In this document: positions 26,366 through 35,051 of the stretch, in pieces
Position numbering within the stretch: position 1 is the stretch's first letter
Layout of the letters: each line of letters opens with the position of its first letter
Assembly (NCBI GenBank): GCA_047618365.1
Contig: JBLHLM010000001.1
Span: forward strand, 9,254-73,253
From: Candidatus Poriferisodalaceae bacterium
Lineage (GTDB): Bacteria > Actinomycetota > Acidimicrobiia > Acidimicrobiales > Poriferisodalaceae
Direction: 5' to 3'
Length of the DNA: 64,000 nt
The notes under the pieces: generated by a model
Database searches by the model: none
Seen by the model: the letters and a program-made list of their open reading frames with translations, nothing else
Told to the model about the DNA's origin: nothing
Made by a program: the position numbers and the translations under genes

Positions 26366-26839
26366 TTATCGGGCTGACGGTCGCAGGAATGTGATGTCGA
26401 AGTGGCGAGAGGTCAACTTCCAGCCGTCGCCCGTTCTGACGAAACGATCGTGATACTCGCCGACATACTTCGGATTATCGGCAGGTGCGGGCAACTCTGC
26501 TGTTCCGCTCGGTGAGTCGTGGCGGTAGTTGACGAGGTAGCTGACCCCGGTGGCATCTTCTCCTTCGACGGTGATCACCACGTTCGTGCAGAGATGGCGT
26601 GACTGGCGTCGGGTGACTGTTTGGCGCCGCGTAAATCCTGCTCGGATCTCGTCCTTGCCGATCATGTTCACTTCGGCCGAGGTCCACTCGCCATCGTCGG
26701 TGAACAAGTCGGCTATGGCTGGGGCGTCCCCGAAATCAACGAGGTGGCAATAGACGGAAACGATCCGTTCGCACGCGCGTTCGTCGAGCATGCGCTGCAG
26801 GTCATCGGGTGCAGGTGTGTCACTCATAGTTCGAATCAT
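26366..26839 (-). CDS. SnoaL-like / nuclear transport factor 2 family protein
   Basis: IVSVYCHLVDFGDAPAIADLFTDDGEWTS...RHLCTNVVI...DRFVRTGDGWKLTSRHF. Confidence 0.7.
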   Translation of the reverse strand: MIRTMSDTPAPDDLQRMLDERACERIVSVYCHLVDFGDAPAIADLFTDDGEWTSAEVNMIGKDEIRAGFTRRQTVTRRQSRHLCTNVVITVEGEDATGVSYLVNYRHDSPSGTAELPAPADNPKYVGEYHDRFVRTGDGWKLTSRHFDITFLRPSAR

Positions 26840-26914
26840 GACACCCCTGTATTAGTGGGACACCCCCGGACTATGTTCAGGATCTCACCCCCCCGATCTC
26901 ACAGGAGACTCGTC

Positions 26915-27469
26915 TTGTCTACCCAGCCGCTCCAAATGGCCTGCGCCGCCACCCGCGAAACCCTCACCAACATCAAGGCCGATCAGATGAGCGCCGCGAC
27001 ACCTTGTGCATCTTGGGACGTTGCTGGTTTGGTCAACCACATCGTTGGCGCCCAGAACTTCTTCCTGGCAGGTCTGACCGGCATGCCTCCGGGCGAAGAG
27101 GTCGACTATGCCGCTGGCGACTATGTCGCAGAGTTCGATGCCGCCAGCGCCAAGCTGCTCGAAGCCTTCGGTGCCGAAGGTGCCCTTGAGAAGACGTACA
27201 CTCTTCCGTTCGGCGAAATGCCCGGAGCGGCATTTATGGGCCTCGCCGCCACCGATACCTTCCAGCACGGCTGGGACGTTGCCAAGGCCACCGGCCAGAG
27301 CACCGACCTCAACCCCGAGCTTGCCGCCGGCATCCTCGCCCAGTCCCGCGCCGCGATTCAGGACTCTTTCCGCGGTCCTGAAGGCGCTCCGTTCGGTTCC
27401 GAACAGCAGGCTCCAGAAGGCGCCACCAACGCTGATCAGCTCGCCGCCTTCCTCGGTCGCACTGTCTGA
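26915..27469 (+). CDS. DinB/mycothiol-maleylpyruvate-isomerase-N-terminal-like (TIGR03086-type) metal-binding protein
   Basis: AATPCASWDVAGLVNHIVGAQNFF and DTFQHGWDVAKATGQ. Trimmed to the TTG at 26915, which lies 7 nt after AGGAG. The upstream part of the track ORF is antisense to 26366..26839. Confidence 0.8.
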   Translation: MSTQPLQMACAATRETLTNIKADQMSAATPCASWDVAGLVNHIVGAQNFFLAGLTGMPPGEEVDYAAGDYVAEFDAASAKLLEAFGAEGALEKTYTLPFGEMPGAAFMGLAATDTFQHGWDVAKATGQSTDLNPELAAGILAQSRAAIQDSFRGPEGAPFGSEQQAPEGATNADQLAAFLGRTV

Positions 27470-27518
27470 GGAGGCACTGTCTGAGGAGGCACTGTCTAAG
27501 TAGGCACTGTTTGAGCTC
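27459..27518 (+). repeat. 15-bp tandem repeat x4 (2 perfect, 2 degenerate), each copy carrying a stop codon in the frame of 26915..27469
   Basis: gcactgtctgaggag / gcactgtctgaggag / gcactgtctaagtag / gcactgtttgagctc. The stops are at 27467, 27482, 27497 and 27512. Confidence 0.9.
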
Positions 27519-27535
27519 TGGCTCTCTGCAATTTG

Positions 27536-27570
27536 GCGCGGGAAACGACATCAGGTGTTGTTTCCCGCGC
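27536..27570 (+). terminator. strong hairpin (15-bp stem incl. one G-U, 5-nt loop) followed by gggttcgtttt; probable bidirectional terminator
   Basis: GCGCGGGAAACGACA-tcagg-TGTTGTTTCCCGCGC read directly. It lies between the convergent 26915..27469 (+) and the MFS remnant (-), whose stop sits in the loop. Confidence 0.55.
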
Positions 27571-27811
27571 TGGGTTCGTTTTGGAGACGGATGAGGGCGT
27601 AGGGCAGAGCGGCGATCGAGAGCAAGATTGCTGCGATGATGAGTGCTGTTGGCACGGTCGTGAACTCGGCGACGAGGCCAAGAGCCACCCCGCCGCCAAC
27701 CTGGCCCATTGCCTCGGCCTGACCACGGAATGAGATGACGGTCGCCCTGACCTTCGATTTGGCGTGACGGTTGGTGATACTGAGAGGGACCCGATTGCTG
27801 TACCACCTGGC
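27551..27811 (-). pseudogene. C-terminal remnant (~86 codons) of an MFS transporter
   Basis: Own translation: ...WYSNRVPLSITNRHAKSKVRATVISFRGQAEAMGQVGGGVALGLVAEFTTVPTALIIAAILLSIAALPYALIRLQNEPSAGNNT-stop. The frame is closed by TGA at 27812-27814, and no N-terminal part lies upstream. Confidence 0.55.
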
Positions 27812-28136
27812 TCAACTCACGGGTCTCAGCTCAGCGACCTCTGGCCGGGAACTCTCGCTGGCCAGGCGGACCAGGCCCCGAGCCTCAAGTCGAACCGCTA
27901 CGGCACCACAGCATCAGGCGAGTTTGTTTCGGAAGCGGGCGAGTTCTCCGGGTTGACCCTCGCCGACACGCACGGATGCTCCGCATCGCAGATCATCGAG
28001 GCTGCCGGACTCGGATTTGGTCACGAACGGTTCGGCCTCAGCCGAAGCACCCTGCTCGATTGGGCCGCGACTTGACCCTGCCGCCGCCCACCCCGCTGTT
28101 CGCCGAGGGTGGGCAGCGCCAGGGTAGGTTCCACCT

Positions 28137-28775
28137 GTGGCTGCTGCTGGACTTGAAGATCGACCCGACGGACTGTTGGCGTGTAGATGGGGCGGCGGCT
28201 ACGAGGACTACACCACATACCACGATGAGGAGTGGGGAGTCCCTGTTTCGAGCGACACCCGTCTCTACGAGAAGATGTGTCTCGAAGGCTTCCAGTCGGG
28301 GCTCTCCTGGCTGACGATTCTTCGCAAGCGAGAAAATTTCCGAGCAGCGTTCGCTGACTTCGACTTCGAGAAGGTGGCTGTGTTCGGCTCGGGCGACGTG
28401 GAACGCCTGGTCCTCGACGCAGGCATCATCCGTCATCGAGGCAAGATCGAAGCGACGATCAACAACGCCCAGGCCGCCATCGAAACCGTCGATGAATACG
28501 GCAGCCTGGCCGCGTTCTTCTGGAGCTTCGAACCCGATGATGCCGACCGGCCAAAGGTCATGGATCACGAAGCGCTGATGGCGATGGCTACGACCCCAGC
28601 ATCGACAGCTATGAGCAAGGCCCTGAAAAAGTTGGGCTGGAAGTTCGTCGGCCCGACGACCTGTTACGCCCTGATGCAGGCAGACGGAATCGTCAATGAC
28701 CACCTCGACGACTGCTTTCGCCGCCCGGTCATTGAGAACCTACGGGCGAAACTCGCACGCCCGGGCTCGACCTAG
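28137..28775 (+). CDS. tag: DNA-3-methyladenine glycosylase I
   Basis: CRWGGG..YTTYHDEEWGVP, LEGFQSGLSWLTILRKRENFR, IIRHRGKI and GPTTCYALMQADGIVNDH. Confidence 0.9.
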   Translation: MAAAGLEDRPDGLLACRWGGGYEDYTTYHDEEWGVPVSSDTRLYEKMCLEGFQSGLSWLTILRKRENFRAAFADFDFEKVAVFGSGDVERLVLDAGIIRHRGKIEATINNAQAAIETVDEYGSLAAFFWSFEPDDADRPKVMDHEALMAMATTPASTAMSKALKKLGWKFVGPTTCYALMQADGIVNDHLDDCFRRPVIENLRAKLARPGST

Positions 28776-28909
28776 GGGTGTTCCCAGCGCTGGTGGGTGT
28801 CACACCACTTGTGTTTGCCGTGTTCGGCGCAGCTGGGGCGCGGCGGGCGTCCGTTGGCGCCGCCGCCTTTGGGAGTGGTGCGTCCTGGTTTGCCTTTGGT
28901 GCGACTCAT
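28772..28909 (-). CDS. 45-aa basic Cys/His-containing small ORF, hypothetical
   Basis: Own trimming of ORF 28772..29032: MSRTKGKPGRTTPKGGGANGRPPRPSCAEHGKHKWCDTHQRWEHP. High GC3. The stop overlaps the tag stop within the palindrome CCTAGG. No family recognised. Confidence 0.3.
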   Translation of the reverse strand: MSRTKGKPGRTTPKGGGANGRPPRPSCAEHGKHKWCDTHQRWEHP

Positions 28910-28988
28910 GTTCCTATTCTCTCGTGAGTTGCCGTTGTCGACAACTCGTTGGAACGAAGCGGTGCCCATCGCCCTACGATCGGCGCTC

Positions 28989-29447
28989 ATGAACGAGCCA
29001 GTGCCCAAAACTGATCCGGTGCCCATCGACATGGACCGAAGCGGAGTCGATCGTTGTTTCGGCTGTGGTCAAGACAATGAAGACGGGCTTCGTCTGGTTT
29101 TCTCCCAGTACGAAGATGGAACGGTGGAGGCCCGGCACCAGACCGCCTCGCACCACTGTGGTTTGGACACTGTCGTGCACGGCGGCATCCAGGCCACGAT
29201 CCTCGACGAGGTGATGGGCGTCGCAGCCCAGATGAGCCTTCCCGACGATGCCAACGACATGGCCTGTGTCACCGCTGAGATGCACCTGACCTATCGCCGC
29301 CCCGTGCCAATGGACGAAGAGGTTGTGGCGACGGCACGGGTTGTCCGGATCGATGGTCGCGACTTCCACGTCGAAGGTGCGATCAGCGCCCCCGACGGAA
29401 CAGAGCTGACAGGGGCCGTGTCCCGCTGGCGGCAACTCCGGGTCTAG
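28989..29447 (+). CDS. PaaI-family (hotdog fold) thioesterase
   Basis: Trimmed to MNEPVPKTD. CFGCGQDNEDGLRLVF and HGGIQATILDEVMG. Confidence 0.7.
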   Translation: MNEPVPKTDPVPIDMDRSGVDRCFGCGQDNEDGLRLVFSQYEDGTVEARHQTASHHCGLDTVVHGGIQATILDEVMGVAAQMSLPDDANDMACVTAEMHLTYRRPVPMDEEVVATARVVRIDGRDFHVEGAISAPDGTELTGAVSRWRQLRV

Positions 29448-29531
29448 ACGACCGCGGCGCTCCGCTGAGCATCGGCCTACTCTCTCCGTAAGAGCTGCTG
29501 GCTCTACGGGCAACAACCAGGGGGAACACGA

Positions 29532-29885
29532 ATGACGCTCACCGAAGCGACAACATTGCACGATCTGATGAGGTACGTCGATACCGAGTCAGTCGATTGG
29601 AAGCCCATCGATCCTGGCTCGCGTTTCCGGACCCTGCACTCCAACAAAGAAACGGGCGAGAGAATCCTGATGGTTCAATGGGATGCGGGCTACACCTTGC
29701 CGTTCCGTGACGAGCACAGCTACGACGAGTTCATCTACATCCTGTCGGGCACATTCGTTGATCAGCACCGGTCGTCGGGACCAGGAACCTTCATCCAGAA
29801 CGAGCCTGGATCGTGGCATCAGCCCACTACTCCCGACGGTTGCACTTTCATGGTGGTCATCTCACCTCGACACAACGAGGCATAA
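29532..29885 (+). CDS. cupin-domain protein (ChrR-like cupin)
   Basis: 117 aa with RILMVQWDAGYTLPFRDEHSYDEFIYILSGTF...PGSWH. Confidence 0.6.
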   Translation: MTLTEATTLHDLMRYVDTESVDWKPIDPGSRFRTLHSNKETGERILMVQWDAGYTLPFRDEHSYDEFIYILSGTFVDQHRSSGPGTFIQNEPGSWHQPTTPDGCTFMVVISPRHNEA

Positions 29886-29893
29886 GCCCACGT

Positions 29894-30832
29894 TTAGCGG
29901 GCGGACTTCGACTGTTCGACCCAGCTGGCGTAGAACTCGGGGTCGTAGGCTCCTTCAGGGTTCTTGCGAACCATGTCGTCGATCACCAGAGCGTCTTCGC
30001 CGACAAGAATTCGCCATTCGTCGTGTTTCACCGCATCGAGAATGATCGTCGCCGCCTGTGCCGCGCTGGTTGGGGCGCGTTCTTTGAAGTTCTCGCCGCG
30101 ACGCTCCAACCGAGCCATCAAGTCCTCGTCACTGAACTCACTGGCATCGCGGCCCGCTTGGGCGTAACGCTCCCTGAGACTGTCAGCGTTGTCGATGCCG
30201 AGGAGCCTGTCGGAGTTTTCGGTGATCGACGTACCGATGTGCCCCGGCATGACTACCGACGCCCGCAAGTGAGGCGCATTCTGGGCGAAATCGGTGATGA
30301 GTGCCTCGGTGAAGCCCTTCACCGCGAACTTGGCCGCGCTGTATGAGGTGTGGGGCATGCCCGGTCCGAGCGATGCGAAGAAGCCGTTGATCGAGCTGGT
30401 GTTCACGACCTGTCCAACGTCGGCGGCCAGAAGCGCCGGAAGGAAGGCGAGGGTGTTGTAATACACGCCGTACCAGCAGACGTTGAAGACCTTTTCCCAC
30501 TGCTCGCGGTCGACGTCGATGATGGTGCCGCCTCCGCCGATGCCAGCGTTGTTGAACAGCAAATTCACGTGAGGCCGCCAGTCGGCGACCGCGACGGCGA
30601 AGGCTGTGACCTGATCCTCGTCGGACACGTCAGCGATGTGGGTCAGTAACTCGCCAGGATTGGACGCAGCGAGCAAAGCCGTCTCGTCGAGGTTGGTCTG
30701 GATGACGTCGCATGTTGCGACATCGCAACCGTCGGCAGTGAGCTGCAGCACCAGGTCGCGCCCCATGCCTGTGCCGCCCCCAGTGACTGCGGCTACACGT
30801 CCGCCGAACCCATTCTCGAATCGTCCTGTCAT
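29894..30832 (-). CDS. SDR-family oxidoreductase
   Basis: Trimmed to MTGRFENGFGGRVAAVTGGGTGMGR. NNAGIGG and YSAAKFAVKG. The ATG overlaps the upstream stop (ATGA 30829..30832). Confidence 0.85.
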   Translation of the reverse strand: MTGRFENGFGGRVAAVTGGGTGMGRDLVLQLTADGCDVATCDVIQTNLDETALLAASNPGELLTHIADVSDEDQVTAFAVAVADWRPHVNLLFNNAGIGGGGTIIDVDREQWEKVFNVCWYGVYYNTLAFLPALLAADVGQVVNTSSINGFFASLGPGMPHTSYSAAKFAVKGFTEALITDFAQNAPHLRASVVMPGHIGTSITENSDRLLGIDNADSLRERYAQAGRDASEFSDEDLMARLERRGENFKERAPTSAAQAATIILDAVKHDEWRILVGEDALVIDDMVRKNPEGAYDPEFYASWVEQSKSAR

Positions 30833-31440
30833 CTGCTTCGTACCTCTCGGTGGGTGAGGGAGTGACGCTGATCTAACTCGATGATCCGCGACTCGGTCAC
30901 GATGTGGGTCATCGGGATGTCGTGGGGTTCCGACGGCAGAGCGTCGAACAGCAACCGATCCACGGTAATGCCGATGCGTGGTCGGTCGCTTGGGATGCGG
31001 CTCAAAAGCTCGTCGTAGTAGCCGCGACCGTGGCCGAGGCGCACGCCGGATTGGTCGAACGCCATGCCAGGCACGAGTGTCGCCGAGATGTGATGCGGTG
31101 GCAGGTCCATCGCATCGTCGACCGGCTGAGCGAATCCATACCGATGCTGCTCCATCGCCCCGATCGCAGGGTGAATGGTGAGGGGGCCTTCGTCTGGAGT
31201 GCGGGTCGTTGCGAATCGTTGCCAGCCCAACTCGTCGGCAGCATCTTCGAGAGCTGCCTCGCCCGGCATCGATCGGTAGAAAAGGATGAGGCCGGGAATG
31301 CCCTTGACCAACTTCACGACATTGGCGACCAGCGCTGCCGTCGTTGGAGCATCCACAGGTTTGGCGGTAGCTCGCAGATATGCCCGCCATTCCTTCTTCT
31401 CGGCACCTGATGGCGGAATCGCCACTGCGTCGTTAACCAA
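30829..31440 (-). CDS. 5-formyltetrahydrofolate cyclo-ligase
   Basis: LILFYRSMPGE, LVPGMAFDQSGVRLGHGRGYYDELL and HDIPMTHIVTE. The TTG start is uncertain. Confidence 0.8.
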   Translation of the reverse strand: MVNDAVAIPPSGAEKKEWRAYLRATAKPVDAPTTAALVANVVKLVKGIPGLILFYRSMPGEAALEDAADELGWQRFATTRTPDEGPLTIHPAIGAMEQHRYGFAQPVDDAMDLPPHHISATLVPGMAFDQSGVRLGHGRGYYDELLSRIPSDRPRIGITVDRLLFDALPSEPHDIPMTHIVTESRIIELDQRHSLTHREVRSR

Positions 31441-32425
31441 CTAGCGCCCGCTGTTCTTGGGTCAGCGTGGGAACGCGCGGGAGCACGTATTCGTCGCGCA
31501 TCGGTGATGCGAGCACCGGTGGGAACCGGTCGGCATCGATGAAGACGTCACTCCAGTTGGTGGTCGACGTTCGTTTCTCCACGGCTGCTCGGCGTTGTTT
31601 GATCGTCTCGGGGTTCGAACGGGCCTTCGGCATCATGCAGATGAGACTGGCGGCACGCAGCAATTCTGAGTTCGCGGATTGGTTGCCAGTGCCGGGGCTC
31701 GAACAATGGACGGTGCGGGAGTCCCACAAGAACAGGTCGCCAGCTTCGATGTGACACATGATCGGTGGGGTGTCCGCTAGCTGGGGGTCGTCGGCTGGGA
31801 ATCGAAAGTGGTCGATCGAGCTGTCGATGCGCGCCAACCGCTCCGGGTACAGATCGGGAATCGACTCGAACATTCGATGTGATCCGGGGATCACGATGTT
31901 CCCGCCGTCCTCTAGCGACGACGGCAGCAACGACACCAGGCCCTGGACGCAGTGAAAGCCGGGCCGGCCGATTGGATGCTGGTCGAGGTGCAGCCACGAG
32001 GCGCCTCGGTTGGTGCGCCATTCGGGATCGACCGACGTCGGCCGCCACAGAGCCATGCCATCGAAGCTGGCCAGTAGGTCGTCGTCGCCCCACACCGCTG
32101 CAAATGTTTGCTTCACCGCTGGCACCGAACGGATGAACCATTGCGCTTCGCTGTGTCCGATGCCCTGGCTCGGGATGATTCCGCCATGCACGGCGGTGGG
32201 CCAGCGATCATCACCCCAAGTCGTGGGGTCGTTCCGGTCGATGCAGGTGCCGAGACCTTCGAGAAAGTCCCAGGTGAGGCCGAGCGCGTGCTGCGACTGT
32301 TCAGCGGTCAGGGCGTTGGCGATGACGACAAATCCCTGCTCCTCGAGGTGGTCCAGGATCTCCTGGGACCCGGCATGGAAGCGGGGGACGTGGGTGTAAG
32401 CCGGACCGACAGGAGTCGCACCCAT
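31433..32425 (-). CDS. phytanoyl-CoA dioxygenase (PhyH)-like Fe(II)/2-oxoglutarate oxygenase
   Basis: Trimmed to MGATPVGPAY. WLHLDQHP, IPGSH and LWDSRTVHCS. Confidence 0.65.
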   Translation of the reverse strand: MGATPVGPAYTHVPRFHAGSQEILDHLEEQGFVVIANALTAEQSQHALGLTWDFLEGLGTCIDRNDPTTWGDDRWPTAVHGGIIPSQGIGHSEAQWFIRSVPAVKQTFAAVWGDDDLLASFDGMALWRPTSVDPEWRTNRGASWLHLDQHPIGRPGFHCVQGLVSLLPSSLEDGGNIVIPGSHRMFESIPDLYPERLARIDSSIDHFRFPADDPQLADTPPIMCHIEAGDLFLWDSRTVHCSSPGTGNQSANSELLRAASLICMMPKARSNPETIKQRRAAVEKRTSTTNWSDVFIDADRFPPVLASPMRDEYVLPRVPTLTQEQRALVG

Positions 32426-33183
32426 CAGAAACCTCGGACCCGGTTGAACTCGTGTTGTGTAACTCCGTGACGAGCAACGACGGTGTAGCACTGTCCACTC
32501 GCATCAGTCAGCGCCGCGTCGACTTGGGCCTCGGCGATGGCACTCGGTTGCACGAAGATGTCGCTATTCGCATCTTCGCCGAGCTTCGTCATCGGCGTTG
32601 CAACCCCGCCTGGGCAGATCGCGTTGACAGTGATGTTGTCGTCGCGAAGGTTCGCTGCGAGGGCGCGCACGTAGCCAACTACGGCATGTTTGGAAGCCAC
32701 GTAGTAGGGATCGGCCGAGTAGTCGATGATCCCTGCGATGGATGCAGTGGCAACGATGCCGCCTCCGCCCCGAGTACGCATGGCCGGGATTGCTGCGTTC
32801 ATGGTGTACACGACGCCATCGACGTTCACGGCCATCACCGCCCTGTAACGGTCGAGCCCAGCGGCGATTGGATCCCAGGTGGCGCCAGAGAACTGTTCTT
32901 CGATGTCGCGACCCAAGATGCCGGCGTTGCAGAACGCGTAGTCGAGCCCGCCAAAGGACTCGGTGCACCTCGCCACCAGCGCAGCGCAGGCATCGACGTC
33001 AGTGACATCGGTGCGCTGGTACGTGGCACCGGTCTCTGTAGCGAGCGCTACACCAGCATCATCGTTCAGGTCACCGAAGACGACGTCTGCGCCACGTGAC
33101 CGAAGCAGGCGCACAATTTCGGCGCCGATGCCCGATGCCCCACCTGTGACGATCGCCGCCGTTCCGTCCAAATCATTGCTCAT
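32425..33183 (-). CDS. SDR-family oxidoreductase
   Basis: AAIVTGGASGIGAE, CNAGI, YVASKHAVVGY and NAICPG. Confidence 0.9.
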   Translation of the reverse strand: MSNDLDGTAAIVTGGASGIGAEIVRLLRSRGADVVFGDLNDDAGVALATETGATYQRTDVTDVDACAALVARCTESFGGLDYAFCNAGILGRDIEEQFSGATWDPIAAGLDRYRAVMAVNVDGVVYTMNAAIPAMRTRGGGGIVATASIAGIIDYSADPYYVASKHAVVGYVRALAANLRDDNITVNAICPGGVATPMTKLGEDANSDIFVQPSAIAEAQVDAALTDASGQCYTVVARHGVTQHEFNRVRGF

Positions 33184-33198
33184 GCGCCAAAAGCTACC

Positions 33199-33918
33199 TC
33201 AGAAGGTCAGCAGATCTGCTGGGCCGCGCAGGTGATGCATCTCGTTGAGCGACAGCACTACCCGTCGGTCGTGTCGGGCGAGCACGCGGTGGATTGACGC
33301 GTGGGCTGGTCGGTAGAACATGTCTGCGTGAAGACCAAGGAAGTCGGCGAGGTAGGCGTTGATCACCCCGCCGTGGCAGGCGACGACGACCGTTTCGGCA
33401 GGATGATGGGCGATGATTCCCTCGATGGCGTTGGCGGTCCTGCGCCTGAAATCGATGCTCGACTCGGTGTGCGGGTATGCCTCCCACCGACGTTGGAGGG
33501 CGAATCGGTGTCGGGCTCCGTTGAGTTCGCGTTCAGTCATGACGTCGATCGGGCGTTGGTGTGGCTCGAGTTCGCCGAACATATGGATCTCGGCAAGAGA
33601 TTCCATGACCTCGACGTCTAGGCCGTGCCGCTCAGCGACTGCGATGCCGGTCCTGTGTGCTCGCTGAAGTTGTGATGAGTAGACGGCCGCGATGTTGTCG
33701 TTGGCCAGCGATTCGCCGGCAGCATGCGCCTGCCGCTCGCCGAGATCGGTAAGCGGGGGATCGCGCCAATCTTCGATTGCCGCATCGATATCGGGGAAGT
33801 TTTGCTGCCCGTGACGAACGAGGATCAGCTCAGTGCGCTTCGGGTCGTTCGTGATGAACGCCCGGTCAATTGGGGTACGGGGGTTGTCATCGCCCTCGGA
33901 GTCATCAGATTTCGGCAC
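33199..33918 (-). CDS. histidine phosphatase (phosphoglycerate-mutase-like) family protein
   Basis: LILVRHGQ (RHG motif), SSQLQRAHRT and VVACHGGVI. Confidence 0.8.
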   Translation of the reverse strand: MPKSDDSEGDDNPRTPIDRAFITNDPKRTELILVRHGQQNFPDIDAAIEDWRDPPLTDLGERQAHAAGESLANDNIAAVYSSQLQRAHRTGIAVAERHGLDVEVMESLAEIHMFGELEPHQRPIDVMTERELNGARHRFALQRRWEAYPHTESSIDFRRRTANAIEGIIAHHPAETVVVACHGGVINAYLADFLGLHADMFYRPAHASIHRVLARHDRRVVLSLNEMHHLRGPADLLTF

Positions 33919-33978
33919 GGAGTTGAGACTACGCCCGTCAGCCGCCCGGGCCGCCGTGATTCATTACGGTTGCTCACC

Positions 33979-35043
33979 ATGCTCCTCCCTCACACTCGGA
34001 AGTTCAGCGGATCTAAGACTCGGCGTATCGGCGCAGGTTTCTTGGTACTAGCGCTGCCGCTCGGGGCGTGCGGAGGAGGAGGAAATGACGCTGAAACCGA
34101 ACCGACGGTTACGGCCGAAGACGCCTCTGTCACGACCCTGGCTGTTGAGGAACCCGTGTCCTCAAGCACGACTTCGGCCAGCGCGACAGCAGCGCCGGAG
34201 CCTGGCGCGGGCTCGATCTCCGCGTTGGGAAATGGAAACTGGGACGGTGGCGACTTTGTGGCACTGGTCGACGCTCGTATGGATGAGATCGCGCTGACGT
34301 TTGGCCAACCCGCCACTCCGTCGGCGCTTGCGCCGCTCTTTGCCCTGCCTGGTGACTTCCCGTACCCAGCTGGCGACGTGCTTGGTGTCTTCCACTCATT
34401 TGACCTCGATCAGCGCAGCGACGAAATCGATATAACCGAGGAACGCATCATTGGCGTCGACGGAGACCCGAGCGCTGCGGCCCTCGACTCGTTGGCGGCG
34501 GTCGTGGAAGCCGACGTCGACGGACGCTGGCGGCGAGTGTCATCGCAGCGCGACTCTTTCACCAACGATCTCTACACAGCTGAGGCGCTTGATGGGGTCT
34601 CCAGCAAGGACCGACTGGTCATCACTGGAACCGAAGCTCCCGACCCAGGCGAGTCCCCGCTTCGGTTTGAATTCGAAGCGGCACCCACCGAGATCCCGGT
34701 GCCGGCGTGGGCCGCGGGACTGCCAATCCTCGAAGGCGGCACGCTCTCGAGCGTGCGTGAGGGCCGCGGCGTAGTGGAGGACTTTGGCTCGGTCGCTCAA
34801 GACGGCTCGATCTCGATTCGCTACGACTACCCCGTTGATCGTTATGAGGAACTCGAAGAATTCCTGGCAAGCGGAGTGGTCGCCGACGCCGGCTTCACAT
34901 ACGAAGACACTCCGTTCAGTAACTTCAATATCCGGATCGACGTCTCCAACGGCGCCTGGGAGGGCACGGTGGGTGTCGGCGAGCTGACGGTGAATAGCAA
35001 ACTCGCTGCGTATCAACTCATCTGGAGACTCACCCGTCCATAA
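33979..35043 (+). CDS. secreted lipoprotein, hypothetical
   Basis: Trimmed to MLLPHTRKFSGSKTRRIGAGFLVLALPLGACGGGG (lipobox), followed by a Ser/Thr/Ala-rich linker and an acidic globular domain. Confidence 0.65.
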   Translation: MLLPHTRKFSGSKTRRIGAGFLVLALPLGACGGGGNDAETEPTVTAEDASVTTLAVEEPVSSSTTSASATAAPEPGAGSISALGNGNWDGGDFVALVDARMDEIALTFGQPATPSALAPLFALPGDFPYPAGDVLGVFHSFDLDQRSDEIDITEERIIGVDGDPSAAALDSLAAVVEADVDGRWRRVSSQRDSFTNDLYTAEALDGVSSKDRLVITGTEAPDPGESPLRFEFEAAPTEIPVPAWAAGLPILEGGTLSSVREGRGVVEDFGSVAQDGSISIRYDYPVDRYEELEEFLASGVVADAGFTYEDTPFSNFNIRIDVSNGAWEGTVGVGELTVNSKLAAYQLIWRLTRP

Positions 35044-35051
35044 AACGCCCG

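Noticed and set aside
27459-27518. CRISPR array (considered for this and the other tandem repeats).
   Set aside because: The units are 8-31 bp and abut directly with no spacers. There are only 2-4 copies, and no cas genes lie in the window.
27764-28075. 103-aa plus-strand ORF between the MFS remnant and tag.
   Set aside because: I recognised no family. Third-position GC is mixed in its first half, and it overlaps remnant-like frames on the other strand. I left it uncalled.
29894-31390. Very long N-terminal extensions in ORF-track calls: 498 aa here, and also 40755..42083, 56523..57884, 60270..61631, 33724..35043, 2259..3599 and 26621..27469.
   Set aside because: The extensions overlap upstream genes and are low-complexity. 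The family N-termini start at internal ATG/GTG codons, often in ATGA overlap with the upstream stop. I trimmed them accordingly.
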